In this document: positions 10,729 through 20,937 of the stretch, in pieces | Numbering within the stretch: the first letter of the stretch is position 1 | How the letters are laid out: every line of letters begins with the position of its first letter | Assembly (NCBI GenBank): GCA_001858525.1 | Contig: LAPX01000009.1 | Coordinates: 3,922 to 67,921 of the forward strand | Direction of reading: 5' to 3' | Length of the DNA stretch: 64,000 bases | From: Vampirovibrio chlorellavorus | GTDB taxonomy: Bacteria; Cyanobacteriota; Vampirovibrionia; Vampirovibrionales; Vampirovibrionaceae | The notes under the pieces: generated by a model | Told to the model about the DNA's origin: nothing | Database searches by the model: none | What the model saw: the letters and a program-made list of their open reading frames with translations, nothing else | Program-made: the position numbers and the translations under genes

Positions 10729-11217
10729 ATGGTTGGATCAGTGATTAATTGTAAGCGTTGCAACAAAATTTTTCAGAAAGTCACTTCCAATGAACATTGT
10801 CCGGCCTGCATTCGGCTGGAGGAAGAGGAAGTCACCATACTATACCGTCGCTTGCAAAAAAGTTCGGCGGATGGGGGTATGACCATTGATGACTTATCGA
10901 CGGAATTGGAGATACCGGTGGAAACCATCGAGCGCTACTATCTGGAAGGCAAACTGACCACGGGTGTGATGTTTCTGAAGACCACTTGTCAGGGCTGTGG
11001 CGCTACCATTCGCGAAATTCAGAGAAAAGGTCGGTTTTGCGTGACCTGCAGCGAAGAAACCGCAAACAAGGCTGGTGTCGAAGTCAAACATATGCAGACC
11101 ATTCAGAAGGAAGAAGAGGCGGAGCGGAGGCGGCAGGAGCAACTACAGTTGCTGAAGAAGAATCAGCCCACCAAAACCCAGCCCCGTAAATTTGGATTCA
11201 GTCGCTCCGGGTCATAG
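10729..11217 (+). CDS. Zinc-ribbon protein resembling flagellar-operon protein YvyF (TIGR03826-like)
   Basis: Two CxxC pairs at the N-terminus ('CKRCNKIF...HCPACI..EEEE') and again centrally ('CQGCGATIRE..GRFCVTC'), the same architecture as B. subtilis YvyF. Confidence 0.5.
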   Translation: MVGSVINCKRCNKIFQKVTSNEHCPACIRLEEEEVTILYRRLQKSSADGGMTIDDLSTELEIPVETIERYYLEGKLTTGVMFLKTTCQGCGATIREIQRKGRFCVTCSEETANKAGVEVKHMQTIQKEEEAERRRQEQLQLLKKNQPTKTQPRKFGFSRSGS

Positions 11218-11368
11218 CGTTTTAGCCCTATGTGGGTATTGACTCAAAACAAGGTGAGAATCCGATCACCTTAAATAATGTTGAACTTCCAATGGTCAAC
11301 TCCGCAAAAAAGCGGGATAATAAGCTTGGGGAATTCGTGATGTTGATTCGGGAGGGGCCCAAGCGTTT

Positions 11369-12895
11369 ATGACCAATCCGGTAACGCCTGAAACAGAGGG
11401 CAATCAATCGCTTCAGGAGCCTGTGGCGACGGCTCAAAAAATTCAGGATGAAAAGCCCAAAACGCCCAAGGCGGTGAACGAGGAAACCGTGCACCGTCGC
11501 ACCAGCGTGGCCGATCCCATCCACGGGTTGATTCAGTTTGACCGTAACGATCCCTCTCAAAATCTGCTGCTCAGTGTTATGAACAGCAAGGCCTTCCAGC
11601 GCCTGCGGCGTGTGAAGCAAATGGGGCTGGCTGAATTTGTCTTTCCCGGGGCTACCCACTCCCGCTTTGTGCACAGTATCGGCTCGGCCTCCCTGATGAT
11701 GCAGGCCCTGGATCAGTTGAACCGCCATCCCAAAACCAGAGCACTGCTGGAAAGCCATTACCCAAATACCAATATCCCGCTCAGTCGGCTGTTGTTGCTG
11801 GGTATTTTGGTGCACGACATTGGGCACACCCCACTCTCCCATACCCTGGAAGACATTCTGGGGCTGGAAGAGCAAGGTTTGCTGCACGATAAGCACTGGA
11901 ACCGAAAAATTCTGACCGAAGACCCCGAACTGCAAAAAATCTGGAAGCGCTTTGGTCCGGACTTGCCCCAGGCCATGCTCAATTTTATGGGTGATGGGGC
12001 GCCCAAGCACTTTCTGGCCCAACTGATTTCCAGTCAGCTGGATATGGATCGCCTGGATTATTTGCAGCGAGATAGCCACTTTTTAGGCGTTCAGTATGGA
12101 CGCATTGAGGCGGCCCGCATCATCGCCAACCTGGAACTGGCCAAGCTGCCCAATGGCAAAGACGTGGTGGCGGTGCGAGAAGAGGCCGTTCCGGCCATTG
12201 AGCATTACCTGTTCGGGCGGCATCAGGCTTACAAAATGGCCTTGCACTCATTGGATAAAGCCTCTGAGGCCTTGTTGAAAAAGGTACTCATGCGCTTTCA
12301 GTGGGCCCGCCAGCAGGGTATTTCAACGGGGGCTCCGGCCGATGAACTGTATCAACTGATGACCGATGGCAAGACTCTGACTACTGAGCAGTATCTGCGC
12401 ATGGATGATTGCTACCTGTGGGAGAAGATTAACCAGTGGGCCAGCCACAGCGAGGATCAATTGCTCAGCGATTTGGCCAATCGCATGCTGCGTCATAACC
12501 TGCTCAAGTTTGTGGATTTGGCCAAGTACGGTTTCGGTGGGGCCAGTGTGCAGGAATTGGAACCGGTGTACGCCGCTTTAAAAGCCTATTATGAGAAGCG
12601 GGGCTTGCCCATGGAATTTTGCTTTGAGGAAACCGTAGTACATTCCAAGCCCATGTACCAGCCGCCCGATTGCCGGGAACCCATCTGGATTCGCACCACC
12701 CGGGGCAATGTGGTGGACCTGCGGGAGATTTCTTCTTTCTCCTTGTCCGTAAAGCCGGATACCAACCTCAAGCACCTGCTGTTCGTTTGGGATCGGGACG
12801 CCATGAAAGTGTTGATTCAAGCTTTGGAGCAACATTTACCCATTCCGGCCTTGCCCAAAGGGGAAGAGCATCTGGAAAACGAGGGCTGGTTGTAA
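11369..12895 (+). CDS. HD-domain phosphohydrolase, dGTPase/dNTP triphosphohydrolase-like
   Basis: Motifs 'HSRFVHSIG', 'HDIGHTPLSH' and 'DMDRLDYLQRD' are typical of the Dgt/SAMHD1-like HD family. Confidence 0.75.
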   Translation: MTNPVTPETEGNQSLQEPVATAQKIQDEKPKTPKAVNEETVHRRTSVADPIHGLIQFDRNDPSQNLLLSVMNSKAFQRLRRVKQMGLAEFVFPGATHSRFVHSIGSASLMMQALDQLNRHPKTRALLESHYPNTNIPLSRLLLLGILVHDIGHTPLSHTLEDILGLEEQGLLHDKHWNRKILTEDPELQKIWKRFGPDLPQAMLNFMGDGAPKHFLAQLISSQLDMDRLDYLQRDSHFLGVQYGRIEAARIIANLELAKLPNGKDVVAVREEAVPAIEHYLFGRHQAYKMALHSLDKASEALLKKVLMRFQWARQQGISTGAPADELYQLMTDGKTLTTEQYLRMDDCYLWEKINQWASHSEDQLLSDLANRMLRHNLLKFVDLAKYGFGGASVQELEPVYAALKAYYEKRGLPMEFCFEETVVHSKPMYQPPDCREPIWIRTTRGNVVDLREISSFSLSVKPDTNLKHLLFVWDRDAMKVLIQALEQHLPIPALPKGEEHLENEGWL

Positions 12896-13049
12896 TGCGT
12901 TCAGTTCTATGGGCAATCATTAAATCATCCTAAATATTCGGCGATTTGGTTGAGTGCAGGGTGATAATGGCAACAGTAAGGGTGCTTTCAAGGCCTATTT
13001 CATAAACCCGTCAGCGGCTTTGAGGCAATTTAAATAAGGGAAAGAACCC

Positions 13050-15749
13050 ATGATTGATATGGATAAGCTGACCACTCAGGCCCAGGATGCTTTTGTTGAT
13101 GCCCAAACCATTTTAAAGCGCTTTGAGCAAAACCAGCTGGATGCCGAGCACTTGCTGTTGGCTATGCTTGAAAATGATAAAGGGCTGGTGGCCCGTATTT
13201 TTCAACAACTGAACGTAGAAAAGCGTGATTTGAAGCTGGATTTGGAAGCGGCCTTGGCCAAACGCCCCAGAGCCACCATTCACTCTCTGGAATCCGGGCA
13301 GGTGTTCATCACTCCCCGGCTTAAAAAATTGCTGGATGAGGCCAATGGCGAAGCTGAGCGGTTGAAAGATTCTTATGTGAGTACCGAGCATATTTTGCTG
13401 GCTATGGTGGAAACCGGCGGGGAAGTCAGCGATCTGTTGCGCAAGCTGAATATCACCAAAAACAATATTTACGCCGTCCTCAAGCAAATTCGGGGTGGTC
13501 GCAAGGCGGATTCTCAAAACGCGGAAGGCAACTATCAGGCCTTGGAAAAATACGGAAAAGATCTGACTGAGGTGGCCCGCACCGGCAAGCTGGACCCGGT
13601 CATTGGCAGACAAGAAGAGATTCGGCGGGTGATTCAGGTCCTCAGCCGTCGCACCAAGAACAACCCGGTGCTGATTGGGGAACCCGGCGTGGGTAAAACC
13701 GCCATTGTGGAAGGCTTGGCCCTGCGCATCATCAACGGGGATGTGCCAGAGAGCCTGAAAAACCGTAAACTGATTTCTCTGGATATGGGTGCTTTAATTG
13801 CCGGGGCCAAATTTCGGGGCGAGTTTGAGGAGCGCTTGAAATCCGTCTTGAAAGAGGTTCAATCGGCGGAAGGCGATATCATCCTGTTCATCGATGAATT
13901 GCACACCGTAGTGGGCGCTGGGGCCACCGATGGGGCCATGGATGCCAGTAACCTGTTAAAGCCCATGCTGGCCCGTGGGGAACTGCATTGCATTGGCGCC
14001 ACCACCATCAACGAGTACCGCAAGTACATTGAGAAAGATGCTGCTCTGGAACGTCGTTTTCAGCCGGTCATGGTGGATGAACCCACCGTGGAAGACACCA
14101 TCAGCATTTTGCGAGGGCTGAAGGAGCGTTATGAGGTGCATCACGGGGTGCGTATCAAGGATTCCGCCATTATCGCCGCGGCCACCTTATCCCACCGCTA
14201 CATCAGCGATCGATTCCTGCCGGACAAGGCCATTGATTTGATCGATGAGGCTTCTTCTAAAATTCGCATGGAAATTGACAGCCTGCCTCAGGAGCTGGAC
14301 GAGATTTCCCGGAATCTCATGCAACTGGAAATTGAGGCCGAAGCACTGAAGAAGGAGCAGGACAGTGCATCTCAGGACCGTTTGAAACGGCTGGAGCAGG
14401 AAATCGCCACGCTACGGCAACAAAAGGAAAGCTTTGAAGCGGCCTGGAAAGCGGAAAAAAATGACATTCAGGCAGTTCAGCGCATTAAAGAGGCCATGGA
14501 GCAGACCCGGGTAGAAATCGATCGGGCTGAGCGGGAAACCGATTTGGCCAAGGCCGCTGAACTGAAATATGGCCGCCTGCGGGAACTGCAAACCCAGCTG
14601 GAAGCCGAAGAACGCAAACTGAATGCTGGGGTAAAAGCCGATGGCAAACCCCTGCTGAAAGAAGAAATCGACGAAGAGGACATTGCCGAGGTCATCAGCC
14701 GCTGGACGGGCATTCCGGTATCCAAGCTGATGGAAGGCGAAGTGGAAAAGCTGCTGAAAATGGAAGACTTTTTGCACAAGCGCATTGTGGGCCAAAATCT
14801 GGCGGTGCAGGTGGTCTCCGAAGCGGTGCGACGAGCTCGGGCGGGCTTGAAGGATGAAAACCGTCCCATTGGGGCCTTTCTGTTCCTGGGACCTACCGGG
14901 GTGGGCAAAACGGAGCTGACCAAGGCGCTGGCCGAGTATCTGTTCAACGATGACAACGCCGTGGTGCGCATTGATATGAGCGAGTACATGGAAAAGCACG
15001 CCGTGGCCCGGCTGATTGGGGCCCCTCCCGGTTATGTGGGCTACGATGAAGGCGGCCAGCTGACTGAAGCGGTGCGCCGCAAGCCCTATTCCGTGGTGCT
15101 GTTTGATGAAGTGGAAAAAGCCCACCCGGATGTCTTTAACGTGCTACTGCAAGTGATGGACGATGGCCGCCTGACTGACAGCAAGGGCCGCACCGTGGAT
15201 TTCCGCAACACGGTCATTATTCTGACCAGTAACATTGGCAGCCCCATTATTCTGGAAGCCCGCCTGAAGGGTACCATGGGTCAGGCTGGGGGGCAGGCTG
15301 GCAGTGATGAGGCCATGCGCGAGCGGGTCATGGAGGAAGTGCGGGCCAGTTTCCGCCCGGAATTCATCAATCGCCTGGATGACATTGTGTTCTTTGAAGC
15401 GTTGAAGCCCGAAGACCTGCGGCGCATTGTGGATATTCAGCTGAGTCGTTTGCACAAGCTGCTGGCGGGCCGTAATATCGCCATTGATCTGAGTGAAGAG
15501 GCTAAAGATTATCTGGGCCAGCTAGGCTACGACCCCATTTACGGGGCTCGCCCGTTGAAGCGGGTCATTCGCAAGTACCTGGAAAACCCCTTGGCCAATC
15601 AGTTGCTGGAAGGGCGTTTCAAGGACGGGGACTTTGTCTTTGCCGAGGTGGATCCGGTGAATGACAAGTTGTTATTCAGCCTGAAACCGGCCCCAGTGCA
15701 AGCCAGTCATAAAACCACAGAAACCGTAGCGGGGAGCCAGCGCCCATGA
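13050..15749 (+). CDS. clpB: ATP-dependent chaperone ClpB
   Basis: Clp_N repeats, two AAA+ modules ([16 protein letters not shown]) and a long middle coiled coil; 899 aa. Confidence 0.95.
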   Translation: MIDMDKLTTQAQDAFVDAQTILKRFEQNQLDAEHLLLAMLENDKGLVARIFQQLNVEKRDLKLDLEAALAKRPRATIHSLESGQVFITPRLKKLLDEANGEAERLKDSYVSTEHILLAMVETGGEVSDLLRKLNITKNNIYAVLKQIRGGRKADSQNAEGNYQALEKYGKDLTEVARTGKLDPVIGRQEEIRRVIQVLSRRTKNNPVLIGEPGVGKTAIVEGLALRIINGDVPESLKNRKLISLDMGALIAGAKFRGEFEERLKSVLKEVQSAEGDIILFIDELHTVVGAGATDGAMDASNLLKPMLARGELHCIGATTINEYRKYIEKDAALERRFQPVMVDEPTVEDTISILRGLKERYEVHHGVRIKDSAIIAAATLSHRYISDRFLPDKAIDLIDEASSKIRMEIDSLPQELDEISRNLMQLEIEAEALKKEQDSASQDRLKRLEQEIATLRQQKESFEAAWKAEKNDIQAVQRIKEAMEQTRVEIDRAERETDLAKAAELKYGRLRELQTQLEAEERKLNAGVKADGKPLLKEEIDEEDIAEVISRWTGIPVSKLMEGEVEKLLKMEDFLHKRIVGQNLAVQVVSEAVRRARAGLKDENRPIGAFLFLGPTGVGKTELTKALAEYLFNDDNAVVRIDMSEYMEKHAVARLIGAPPGYVGYDEGGQLTEAVRRKPYSVVLFDEVEKAHPDVFNVLLQVMDDGRLTDSKGRTVDFRNTVIILTSNIGSPIILEARLKGTMGQAGGQAGSDEAMRERVMEEVRASFRPEFINRLDDIVFFEALKPEDLRRIVDIQLSRLHKLLAGRNIAIDLSEEAKDYLGQLGYDPIYGARPLKRVIRKYLENPLANQLLEGRFKDGDFVFAEVDPVNDKLLFSLKPAPVQASHKTTETVAGSQRP

Positions 15750-15964
15750 TTGAAGTGTCTCGATTAAACGGCAGTATTTATTTTCTGAATCCGGATTTGA
15801 TTTTGACCCTGGAAGCCACCCCGGATACGGTGATTACCCTGACCACTGGGGAGAAACTGATGGTGCGGGAATCTCCGCAGGCGCTGATTGATCGCTTTGT
15901 GGCCTTTAAGCGCCGCATTGTCTCAGAACTGCCAGAGGTCAAATCTCAGCAACCGGTCACTTGA
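15746..15964 (+). CDS. flbD: Flagellar FlbD-family protein (orphan copy)
   Basis: '[13 protein letters not shown]...[16 protein letters not shown]' matches FlbD. Its ATG overlaps the clpB TGA (ATGA). Confidence 0.7.
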   Translation: MIEVSRLNGSIYFLNPDLILTLEATPDTVITLTTGEKLMVRESPQALIDRFVAFKRRIVSELPEVKSQQPVT

Positions 15965-15978
15965 GTCTTTCTGCCGGA

Positions 15979-16884
15979 TTACTGTATGACTCGGGAAAAT
16001 CCAGCCTGAATGGCCGACTCACTAAAGCCGTGCTGCTTCAGAATGATGGATAATTCCAGGGGGTGACCGCCCTGTTTTAAATTTTCATTCAGCCATACCT
16101 GCCAATGGTGCGGTAAGTCTTGGACATCCATGGGCATGTCTCTATCCAGCAAGTGCTTTGCCAGCACCGCATCCATTTGCCCCTGATCGATCAGATGCTG
16201 CACCACGGCGTGCCCGGATCGGGGGACCGGATATAAGGTGCAATTGGGCAAAGCGCCGTATCGATGAGCGTGCAACACATCCAGATTGACCGACTCTGGG
16301 GCGTTGCCATCCGGCTGGGTGCCGAAAATCACCCGCAAGTCACAAGTGGACTGGCGCTCTCGAGATAATTGGGGTAGATCCGCATACAGCGACGGCGGCG
16401 GATGGTCGTGCAAATCCAGCATAACCCGCAACCAGCGCCGATCGTGATACGTCAAGGCATGTTCCACATCCAGAAAGGACAACGGGCCAAAGGCTACAAT
16501 GCGCTTCACGTTCAGTAAAATTCCAAACAGAATGGCCGCATAAGCCCCCATGGACTGCCCGATGGTAATCACCGAGCTGGGCTGAATCCGAGTGATCAGT
16601 TGTTGAAGGGAATCGGCCACTTCATCCACATGGCTGCCCAAACCGGGAATTTCCCGGTGATACCAGCTATTGGTGCAATCTCGTACCAGAATGCGGTTAA
16701 AAACACTTTGCGTGGTGGCTTCCAGCTTTTTGACCCGACCGTAAAAGTCGAAAGCAGGCCGTTGCTCCCAATTCACAAACCCAAAGCTGATAATTAACGG
16801 CTGCCCCGAATGGATGGTATCCACCAATACGGAAGCCTCCGTGTTTTCAACCTGCGCATTGGTCAGTGGTGTTACGGGGATCAC
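15979..16884 (-). CDS. Alpha/beta-hydrolase-like protein (GQSMG nucleophile elbow)
   Basis: A GxSxG motif sits in an alpha/beta-type context; the C-terminal roughly 100 aa are of unknown function. Confidence 0.45.
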   Translation of the reverse strand: MIPVTPLTNAQVENTEASVLVDTIHSGQPLIISFGFVNWEQRPAFDFYGRVKKLEATTQSVFNRILVRDCTNSWYHREIPGLGSHVDEVADSLQQLITRIQPSSVITIGQSMGAYAAILFGILLNVKRIVAFGPLSFLDVEHALTYHDRRWLRVMLDLHDHPPPSLYADLPQLSRERQSTCDLRVIFGTQPDGNAPESVNLDVLHAHRYGALPNCTLYPVPRSGHAVVQHLIDQGQMDAVLAKHLLDRDMPMDVQDLPHHWQVWLNENLKQGGHPLELSIILKQHGFSESAIQAGFSRVIQ

Positions 16885-16891
16885 TGTTTAC

Positions 16892-17569
16892 TCACTTTAA
16901 TAAATCAGGACGCAGTCGCTGGGTCCGCTCCAAGGCTTGGGCCTTCCGCCATTGCTCAATGGCGGCGTGATTCCCACTCAGCAGCACGTCCGGCACTTTC
17001 AAGCCCTTGTATTCGGCGGGACGGGTGTAGTGGGGATAATCTAACAACCCGTCATAAAAAGAATCTGCCTGCACGGAGGTGAACTTTTGCACCGCACCGG
17101 GAATCAACCGGGTGATGGCGTCCATCATGCTGAGCGCTGGCAATTCGCCGCCGGTCAGCACGTAATCCCCAATGGAAACTTCCTCCATTTCAGGAATCAA
17201 CTGCTTGATCCGCTCATCAAAGCCCTCATAATGCCCACAGAAAATAACAATCTCCTGGGCTTGGGTCAGTTCCAGGGCGAAATGGTGATCAAATCGCCGC
17301 CCCGTGGGAGTGGTCATAAACACCCGGGCCGGTTGCTTGAGCGGCAACAGGCTTTCATAAGCACTTTCCAGCGGTTGACAGGTCAAGACCATCCCACTGC
17401 CTCCACCAAAGGGAGAATCATCCACCTTGCGGTGAGCATCCGTGCTGAAATCCCGGATATTGACCGCCTGCACTTCGATAACGCCCTTTTGGCGAGCCCT
17501 GCCCATAATGCTGGCCGAGGCATAGGTTTCAATGATTTCCGGGAACAGGGTCAGGATGCTGAATTTCAT
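16892..17569 (-). CDS. trmD: tRNA (guanine37-N1)-methyltransferase
   Basis: Full-length TrmD pattern (MKF.ILTLFPE...GGG.GMV). Confidence 0.95.
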   Translation of the reverse strand: MKFSILTLFPEIIETYASASIMGRARQKGVIEVQAVNIRDFSTDAHRKVDDSPFGGGSGMVLTCQPLESAYESLLPLKQPARVFMTTPTGRRFDHHFALELTQAQEIVIFCGHYEGFDERIKQLIPEMEEVSIGDYVLTGGELPALSMMDAITRLIPGAVQKFTSVQADSFYDGLLDYPHYTRPAEYKGLKVPDVLLSGNHAAIEQWRKAQALERTQRLRPDLLK

Positions 17570-17581
17570 GGGCTTGAGCGC

Positions 17582-18145
17582 TTACTGCTCCAGTCGGTCT
17601 GCGGTCACCGGGTCGGTGGACATGGCCAGAAAATCGCTGAGCAAATCAATGGCCACAGTCTGTTTTTCCAGGTTCACTTCCGGAAAAAAACGGTGAATGA
17701 AAGGAACCACCACTGTTTCCTCGCTATCCTCAATCTGGATTTCCAGAAAATCAGACCCACTGGAGGAAAGCAGATCTTTGACTTTCCCACGCGGACGGCC
17801 ATTTTGAGCATCCACCACGGTCAAGCCAATCAAATCATCCGCCCAAAACTCATCCGCATTGGGTTTTGGCAAGGCATCCCGATCCGCGAACACCATGCTG
17901 CCGACTAAGGGTTCGACCGTATTTCGATTATCGATCCCATCCAGGCTAATTACCAGTAAAGGACCTTGTTCTCGGACCGATTGAATGGAGTAATGCAGAT
18001 GCTCGCCGGTTTTGTGGTGTTTCAGGGTCAGTTGTTGCCGAGGCTTGGCCCACACCGGGTCGTCCGAGGCGGGGCGCACTTTTATATCGCCACGCACCCC
18101 GTGGCAGCCGATGATTTTACCAACACGAACCAGGCGATCGCTCAT
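17582..18145 (-). CDS. rimM: Ribosome maturation factor RimM
   Basis: 'VGKI.G.HGV.G..KV' N-terminus plus a PRC barrel. Confidence 0.9.
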   Translation of the reverse strand: MSDRLVRVGKIIGCHGVRGDIKVRPASDDPVWAKPRQQLTLKHHKTGEHLHYSIQSVREQGPLLVISLDGIDNRNTVEPLVGSMVFADRDALPKPNADEFWADDLIGLTVVDAQNGRPRGKVKDLLSSSGSDFLEIQIEDSEETVVVPFIHRFFPEVNLEKQTVAIDLLSDFLAMSTDPVTADRLEQ

Positions 18146-18640
18146 TTAACCGTTGATGGCTGTAATCAGGCCATCTTCCACTAAAATTTCAGCGTTTTGC
18201 AGATGATCGTACAAGTTATCGCCAACCCGCAGTTCCACGGTGTTTTCCAGCATGCCGGTCACAATGAACTGTCCGTTCTCAATATTGTCCAGATTGCCCA
18301 ATTCGGAGGAAATCTGCATTTTAACCGAAGCCATCTGGCTGCGTTTTTGCTGGGCTTCCTGATTCAGCTGTTGCAATTGGGCTTGCACGTTTTGGCCTTG
18401 CTGGGCCACTTTTTCCAGCTGTTGCAAGGAGTACTGGTACTGCGCTTCCAGTTGCTGCATTTGGGTGTCAATCAACTTGAGTTCGTTGTCCAGTTCGCTT
18501 TTGGCGCGGGTACGGAAGTTGTCGGTGACCTTGGTTTTTACGGTCACTTGGCGTTTGAGTTGAATGCTGGCTTGGGAAGTCATAGGGGCCTCTGTTGCTT
18601 TTTCCATAATGGACTGCATGGGGATAGAACCTTTCGACAT
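18146..18640 (-). CDS. YlqD-family protein; the track ORF extends upstream to 18868 but the coding part is probably only the C-terminal 130-165 aa
   Basis: A coiled-coil region then 'GQFIVTGMLENTVELRVGDNLYDH' matches the YlqD family. It lies immediately upstream of rimM as in Firmicutes. Confidence 0.5.
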   Translation of the reverse strand: MSKGSIPMQSIMEKATEAPMTSQASIQLKRQVTVKTKVTDNFRTRAKSELDNELKLIDTQMQQLEAQYQYSLQQLEKVAQQGQNVQAQLQQLNQEAQQKRSQMASVKMQISSELGNLDNIENGQFIVTGMLENTVELRVGDNLYDHLQNAEILVEDGLITAING

Positions 18641-18824
18641 TAATTGAGTCCATTCTAACAGAACCGGCTTTGAAAGTGGGATTCCTCGCACTGGAAATAA
18701 ACATGCGGGGCAGCGGTTGATGATGGCCGACCACTGTGCCAGAATAAACGCATTCCTCTCAAGTGCAAGATCCGATTCCAATCCCCTTCCACCCGTCGCC
18801 CTGACGCAATAAAGGTCCTCTGCC

Positions 18825-19202
18825 ATGACCCAGATTACCGTTCTGTATTCCAAAATCCACCGAGCCACCGTGACTGATGCCCAGCTGCACTACGAAGGCA
18901 GCCTGACCATTGATCATCATCTGATGCAACAGGCAGGATTGGTGGAGTATCAACAGATTGATGTGTACAATATTACCAATGGCGAGCGATTTACCACCTA
19001 CGCCATTGTAGGAGAACCGCATACCGGCATTATTCAGGTCAATGGCGCCGCGGCCCACAAGGCCCGCACCGGGGATCTTATTATCATTGCCTCCTACGCC
19101 AACATTCCTCAGGAGGAAGGCCCCTTGTGGAAACCCAAGTTGGTCTTTGTGGACCGGCAAAACAAGCCCTCCGCTGATAAACCGGCCATGTTACCGGTTT
19201 AA
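18825..19202 (+). CDS. panD: Aspartate 1-decarboxylase
   Basis: 'SKIHRATVTDA.LHYEGS.TID' with the pyruvoyl Ser25 context. Confidence 0.9.
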   Translation: MTQITVLYSKIHRATVTDAQLHYEGSLTIDHHLMQQAGLVEYQQIDVYNITNGERFTTYAIVGEPHTGIIQVNGAAAHKARTGDLIIIASYANIPQEEGPLWKPKLVFVDRQNKPSADKPAMLPV

Positions 19203-19215
19203 AAATTTACAAGAA

Positions 19216-19370
19216 GGTGTTACCCCAAACCAGCCCTCTGGCTGCTTTTTGTGGCTCGATTTCCCTCATAGAAATAGAGGAATGCTCAGTCCAAGGCTTC
19301 CCTCGCTTTTTCTATAATAAGCAAACTATTTAAACAAAAAACCGCCAGAGGGCTGGTTTGGGGTAACACC
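19216..19370. repeat. Perfect 27-bp inverted repeat (19216-19242 and 19344-19370) flanking a roughly 100-bp core; a MITE-like element or giant bidirectional terminator hairpin
   Basis: GGTGTTACCCCAAACCAGCCCTCTGGC and its exact reverse complement were read directly from the sequence, between the convergent panD and oxidoreductase genes. Confidence 0.6.
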
Positions 19371-19378
19371 GGCTCACA

Positions 19379-20926
19379 TTAGCAAGGAGCGGGGCTGCTG
19401 CTTTGACGAAGCGCTTCCACAATGGCCTCATCGGCTTTGAGTAGCGAACTGGTTTCAATTTGCGCTGCGCTCCACGTGGCTTTCCCTTCAATGCGCAATG
19501 CGCCGCCTTGGCGTTGGGCCAGGCAAGCTTGCACCTCAGCAATCCGCTGGGTGGCAACATCCAGTAGTGATTGACCAGATTGGCTGGCCAGTGCTGCGGC
19601 CACCCCCACGCCTTCGCCCAGCAGGGCATTGTGTTGCACGATGCGCCCTGCACCTTGCTCAATGGGAGAATATCCGGCTGAACGGCTGACAAAAGCAAAA
19701 TTCTGGAGGGCCTGAGTGGCCGGTAGAGCCACCCCTAAACCTACATTGAAGATAGGCTTTGGCAAATGCTCACCGGGGTATAGCTTCCACAACTGGGTAC
19801 CCCGCAGATCCAGCCAGTAAGAGAATGTGCCGATGGCCTTTTCGGGTGGGACGCCCCCTTCAATGGCTTGCCGGGCGGTCAGAGTCTCTAAGGAAAGCAG
19901 GTTGACGGTCTGGCGCACATAAAGCTCGGAGGGGGGGATGACAGAGACATGCGGAAACGGGCCTTTCTCTTTGAGGTAGCGTTCAAAGTGGCGCATTTCC
20001 TGTTGTAGCAATGCCGGGGTGGGGCCGCCTTGTGATAGGGCGATCAAGGCTCTCAATTCCAGATTCAGCGCATTAACCTGGGCCACCAGCCCATTAAAAC
20101 CCAGGCTGCCATCCCTGAGGCGAGAAACATTCCCCCCATCAATGAATATATCGGCGTTGGCGTAACTGGCCGCGGATCCGTGACGCCATAGGTGGTAATC
20201 AATCCCGATGACCGGGTTCAAAATATCCAAATAATCCTGATCCGGCGGGGCAAAGGTGGGTCGGGTGATGTATTCAGCCCGAAGCTCTGGGGGATGATAA
20301 GGTAAGGCCTCTTCTAAAATGCGGGGCAACTCTGGGTTTTGACGCAACCGGGCCTCAAAGGCCTGAAATTCGTCCACCGACAAGCCGGTGAGCCGAAATA
20401 CCGGAGAAACGCCTAAAAAGTTCTGGTCGGCTCCCAAAATCCCGCCCAAGCCTTCAATAAAGGGTAATTCCAGCGAACGGGCCACATCCGCATCGGGGGT
20501 GGCGTCAATCACCACCAAGGGATGTAATACTTCAGGATTCAGGGCGTCACAGGTGCCATTTGGGTGTGTGAGCACAGCTTGCTCTGGAAAGCCCTCCGGG
20601 TTCAGGATCAGTTGAACTTCCACCCCGCTGATCACCTTGATATGGGCCTCAGCCAGCATGGCTTCAAGCACGGCATCAGCCTTGTCCGGGTTTAAAGCCA
20701 CCCGAATAAAACCACAGCGGTTTAAAAACTCTTGAAACAGCCCGCAGAGGAGATCCGGGGTGATGTCCATGTATGATAAGCCCCCTCGAACGGAGAGCCC
20801 ACCCAAGGGGCCGGTGCTGCGTCTTGCCAAAATAGTTCTTGCTCCAGCCCGGCTGGCCGAAACGGCGGTCAAGATGCTTTCAACCTCATCTCCAACCACC
20901 AGCACCTGGCATTGTGTAGTGCTCAT
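19379..20926 (-). CDS. FAD-dependent oxidoreductase-like protein (PF12831-like) with a degenerate dinucleotide-binding motif
   Basis: The N-terminus 'VLVVGDEVESILTAVSASRAGARTILA' resembles a GxGxxG Rossmann start but the glycines are replaced. Confidence 0.45.
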   Translation of the reverse strand: MSTTQCQVLVVGDEVESILTAVSASRAGARTILARRSTGPLGGLSVRGGLSYMDITPDLLCGLFQEFLNRCGFIRVALNPDKADAVLEAMLAEAHIKVISGVEVQLILNPEGFPEQAVLTHPNGTCDALNPEVLHPLVVIDATPDADVARSLELPFIEGLGGILGADQNFLGVSPVFRLTGLSVDEFQAFEARLRQNPELPRILEEALPYHPPELRAEYITRPTFAPPDQDYLDILNPVIGIDYHLWRHGSAASYANADIFIDGGNVSRLRDGSLGFNGLVAQVNALNLELRALIALSQGGPTPALLQQEMRHFERYLKEKGPFPHVSVIPPSELYVRQTVNLLSLETLTARQAIEGGVPPEKAIGTFSYWLDLRGTQLWKLYPGEHLPKPIFNVGLGVALPATQALQNFAFVSRSAGYSPIEQGAGRIVQHNALLGEGVGVAAALASQSGQSLLDVATQRIAEVQACLAQRQGGALRIEGKATWSAAQIETSSLLKADEAIVEALRQSSSPAPC

Positions 20927-20937
20927 GACGGCCCTGC

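Noticed and set aside
12896-13049. CIRCE or CtsR heat-shock operator upstream of clpB
   Set aside because: Neither the TTAGCACTC-N9-GAGTGCTAA inverted repeat nor a GGTCAAA tandem is present; only unrelated GAGTGCA/GGGTGCT fragments.
14412-15125. 237-aa and 170-aa ORFs on the minus strand inside clpB
   Set aside because: Antisense to an unambiguous ClpB; Phe/His/Gln-rich low-complexity translation.
17087-17908. 273-aa plus-strand ORF
   Set aside because: Antisense across trmD/rimM; spurious.
18641-18868. N-terminal 80 aa of the 240-aa track ORF upstream of the YlqD-like region
   Set aside because: No resemblance to the YlqD family and it overlaps the panD promoter/start region. A true start near 18640 is more plausible.
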